24,000 bases of DNA, from NCBI GenBank assembly GCA_963812245.1, contig CAWEUK010000002.1:637939-661938 (forward strand), given 5' to 3'. Source of the DNA: an uncultured bacterium (GTDB taxonomy: Bacteria; Actinomycetota; Nitriliruptoria; Nitriliruptorales; Nitriliruptoraceae). Below are positions 22,072 to 24,000 of this stretch, piece by piece. Below the pieces are notes generated by a model. The model ran no database searches. It saw only the letters and a program-made list of their open reading frames with translations, and was not told the DNA's origin. Made by a program: the position numbers and the translations under genes. Position 1 is the first letter of the stretch; each line of letters begins with the position of its first letter.

Positions 22072-22982
22072 GGCCGTTCGGGGTGGAAGTCGTGGAGGAA
22101 GTGGAGGTCGAAGTCGGCGTGGTGGTGGAGGTCGCCGCAGCGGGGGAGGAGGCAGTCTCGGAGGTGGCAGTCGCGGATGGTGCCGCGGTGCGGTCGTGAT
22201 CGCTGCGAGGGTTGCGTGGACTCGGCTCCCCCGCGGTCGCGGGGGCCTGGGCAGCCAGCAGGACGTCGGTGTCGAGGCTGGCGTCGAGGAGGGCGAACAC
22301 GTCGTGGAGGTGGACGTCGATGGATTTGTCGCCGCCCCCCTGGACCCAGCGCTGCATCGCGGTGCGGATGCCGGCCGCCGTCATGGCGCCGAGGATGACC
22401 ACGCCGGTTTCGTTGGGGGCACGGTCTTCGCGTGTCGCGATCGCCTCTGTGAATCGTTGCTCGATGGCGTGCAGCGCGGTGCGCCATCGAGCCACCAACC
22501 CGGGTTCGCGGTGCAGCATGCGGTGGTGGGCCGCGACGTTGTCGACCGAGGTGGTGTGGCGCATCATGTGCGAGGCCACCATCTCGCCCAGGTCGACGAC
22601 CAGGTTGCCGCGTGGGGCCGCCGGCCTCGAACACGGCAAGGTCGGCGTCGGCCGGTGGAACCGGCATGGATGCGGTGACCGCGTCCTCCTTGCTCGGGTA
22701 GTAGTTGAAGAAGGTGCGGGTCGACACGCCGACACGTTCACAGATGGCCTCGACGGTCACGTCGTCGAGGCCGCGGGTCCCGACCAGGTCGACGGCCGTC
22801 TCGTGCAGGGCCCTGGCAGTGGCCTGCTTCTTGCGTTCGCGCAGCCCGATGGTCTGGTCGACGCGGACGTCGTGCGACCCCGATGCACCATCGGAATGGC
22901 CCGCCGCCCGAATGCTCGGAGCGGGGAGAGTCGGATCGAGACGAAATTTGCATGGCGCGCAGTTTTGCACACCGTGCACCAT
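22058..22982 (-). pseudogene. TetR/AcrR family transcriptional regulator with a frame break near 22616-22622. The start is uncertain (ATG 22982 as given; ATG 22891 if a run-length indel is assumed).
   Basis: The HTH half [55 protein letters not shown]...AVFEAGG is in the frame of track ORF 22068..23306. The ligand-domain half [21 protein letters not shown]...[13 protein letters not shown]...FALLDASL, plus a Ser/Thr/Ala/Pro-rich tail, is in the frame of ORF 22058..22741. Confidence 0.8.
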
Positions 22983-22991
22983 TTGTGCAAA
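22944..22991. promoter_or_regulatory. AT-rich inverted and direct TTTGCA/TGCAAA repeats; a candidate TetR operator / divergent promoter.
   Basis: TTTGCACA (22964-22971) and TGTGCAAA (22984-22991) are exact reverse complements separated by 12 nt that contain GTGCAC. A further TTTGCA lies at 22947-22952. The site sits between tetR and ung in the most AT-rich part of this gap. Confidence 0.4.
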
Positions 22992-23089
22992 TCGAACCCG
23001 GCGGGGGACCCGGACGTGCGGCTCGGGGTTCGGCGGGTCGTGGCGTGCCGTGGGGGTGGCTGGTTTCCTGCGCCGGGGAGGTGTTCGCC

Positions 23090-23762
23090 ATGGCGTTCGA
23101 GGACCTGGTCGGGGCCGGGGTGGGCTGAGGCATTGGCACCCGTGCGCGCCGACATCGACGCCATGGGGGAGTGGTTGCGCGCCGAGGGCCGTGCGGGTCG
23201 CCCCTTCCTCCCCGCCGGGGACCGCGTGTTCGCCGCGCTCGCGATGCCACTGGACGACGTGCGGGTGCTGATCGTCGGCCAGGATCCCTACCCGACGCCC
23301 GGTCACCCGATCGGGCTGTGCTTCGCGGCCGCGCCTGACGTGCGACCGCTGCCGAAGTCACTCGCGAACATCTTCACCGAGTACTGCGACGACCTCGACC
23401 TGCCGATGCCCGCAAACGGTGACCTGACGCCGTGGGTCGACCAGGGCGTGTGCCTGCTCAACCGCGTCCTGACCGTCCGACCGGGGGCACCGGCGAGTCA
23501 TCGTGGCAAGGGCTGGGAGCAGGTGACCGACGGCGTCATCGATGCGCTGGTCGCACGGGGCCAGCCCCTGGTCGCCCTGCTGTGGGGGCGCGATGCCCGC
23601 AACCTCGCAGCCCGACTGGGGTCGACGCCCCGCATCGAGTCCGTCCATCCGTCGCCGCTGTCGGCTCACCGGGGGTTCTTCGGGTCGCGTCCGTTCAGTC
23701 GTGCCAACGAGGCGCTGATCGCCCAGGGCGCCGACCCCGTGGACTGGACCCTGCCGACGTGA
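23090..23762 (+). pseudogene. ung: Uracil-DNA glycosylase, family 1, with a frame break after codon 10 at a G-run.
   Basis: ATG 23090 has GGGAGG 8 nt upstream and reads [10 protein letters not shown], then GTG GGC TGA. The conserved continuation [23 protein letters not shown]...[20 protein letters not shown]...[11 protein letters not shown]...[21 protein letters not shown] is encoded from 23121 in the next frame, ending at TGA 23760-23762. Confidence 0.88.
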
Positions 23763-23830
23763 TGGCCGCGTTCGGTTGCGAGCGCCGAGGCGGATTCATT
23801 GGGGACTGTCGGTCGGGTGTCGCACACCAT

Positions 23831-23869
23831 CTGGGTCCTCGTTCTGGGGCCTCGTTCTGGGTCCTCGCT
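23831..23869. repeat. Three tandem copies of a 13-bp unit downstream of ung.
   Basis: CTGGGTCCTCGTT (23831-23843), CTGGGGCCTCGTT (23844-23856) and CTGGGTCCTCGCT (23857-23869). The last copy contributes to the hairpin CCTCGC(23863-23868)/GCGAGG(23878-23883). Confidence 0.8.
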
Positions 23870-23931
23870 CGACCTTGGCGAGGATGGCCCGCGGTGGCCT
23901 TCTGTTTCGCATTGTGTGTCGACATTGGGGC

Positions 23932-23960
23932 TTGCAAAACATTGAAACATCATGTAAAGT
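23932..23960 (+). promoter_or_regulatory. Candidate sigma-A type promoter (TTGCAA - 17 nt - TAAAGT).
   Basis: The -35 element TTGCAA is at 23932-23937 and the -10 element TAAAGT at 23955-23960, with an exact 17-nt spacer. The surrounding roughly 70-bp island is AT-rich. A GGAG and an ATG at 23998 follow at the window edge. Confidence 0.45.
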
Positions 23961-23976
23961 TCGAACACATGTTCTC
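23961..23976 (+). promoter_or_regulatory. Candidate LexA (SOS / Cheo) box.
   Basis: TCGAAC-ACAT-GTTCTC compared with the actinobacterial consensus TCGAAC-N4-GTTCGA. The left half matches 6/6 and the GTTC core is intact. The box starts immediately after the putative -10 element. Confidence 0.5.
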
Positions 23977-24000
23977 TACGCACGGAGTGCACGCACGATG

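Noticed and set aside
22212-23762. A 516-aa ORF suggesting a large fusion protein ending in Ung.
   Set aside because: Only the last roughly 214 codons are Ung-like. The upstream part is antisense to tetR and has non-protein-like composition.

Overview
High-GC (about 68-70 %) actinobacterial-type chromosomal segment. It is densely coding, and I saw no rRNA, tRNA, CRISPR array, transposase or integrase. Positions 1-8173 (+) hold the distal Complex I operon nuoH-I-J-K-L-M-N with tightly coupled gene junctions, followed by a trans-polyprenyl diphosphate synthase (8248-9300). Positions 9300-13990 form a small variable block: a histidine phosphatase, a small membrane protein, a doubtful Zn-ribbon ORF, a GNAT acetyltransferase and a degenerate DUF222/HNH gene, separated by intergenic regions full of short tandem repeats and hairpins. 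Positions 13994-22982 form one minus-strand block: TetR regulator, DrrA/DrrB-like ABC exporter, a small ORF with strong coding signal that is easy to overlook as a sub-frame of the 19886-20158 track ORF, aminopeptidase N, and a roughly 1025-aa kinase / M23 / class-III-aminotransferase fusion. A family-1 uracil-DNA glycosylase follows (23090-23762). The window ends in an AT-rich sigma-A-like promoter carrying a LexA (Cheo/SOS) box. Four points stand out. (1) At least seven single-site reading-frame breaks occur in otherwise perfectly conserved genes (nuoH twice, nuoI, probably nuoL 5-prime, nuoN, tetR, ung), mostly at G/C runs and clustered at the two ends of the window; these are either assembly indels or very recent pseudogenisation. 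(2) Nearly every intergenic region carries short tandem duplications, and one 37-bp repeat has a hairpin preserved by compensatory changes. (3) The tri-domain enzyme lies next to pepN. (4) The small ORF sits upstream of pepN. I do not see a convincing new multi-gene system such as a defence island. The most system-like candidate, pepN plus the kinase/M23/phospho-lyase-type fusion, is an inference only.
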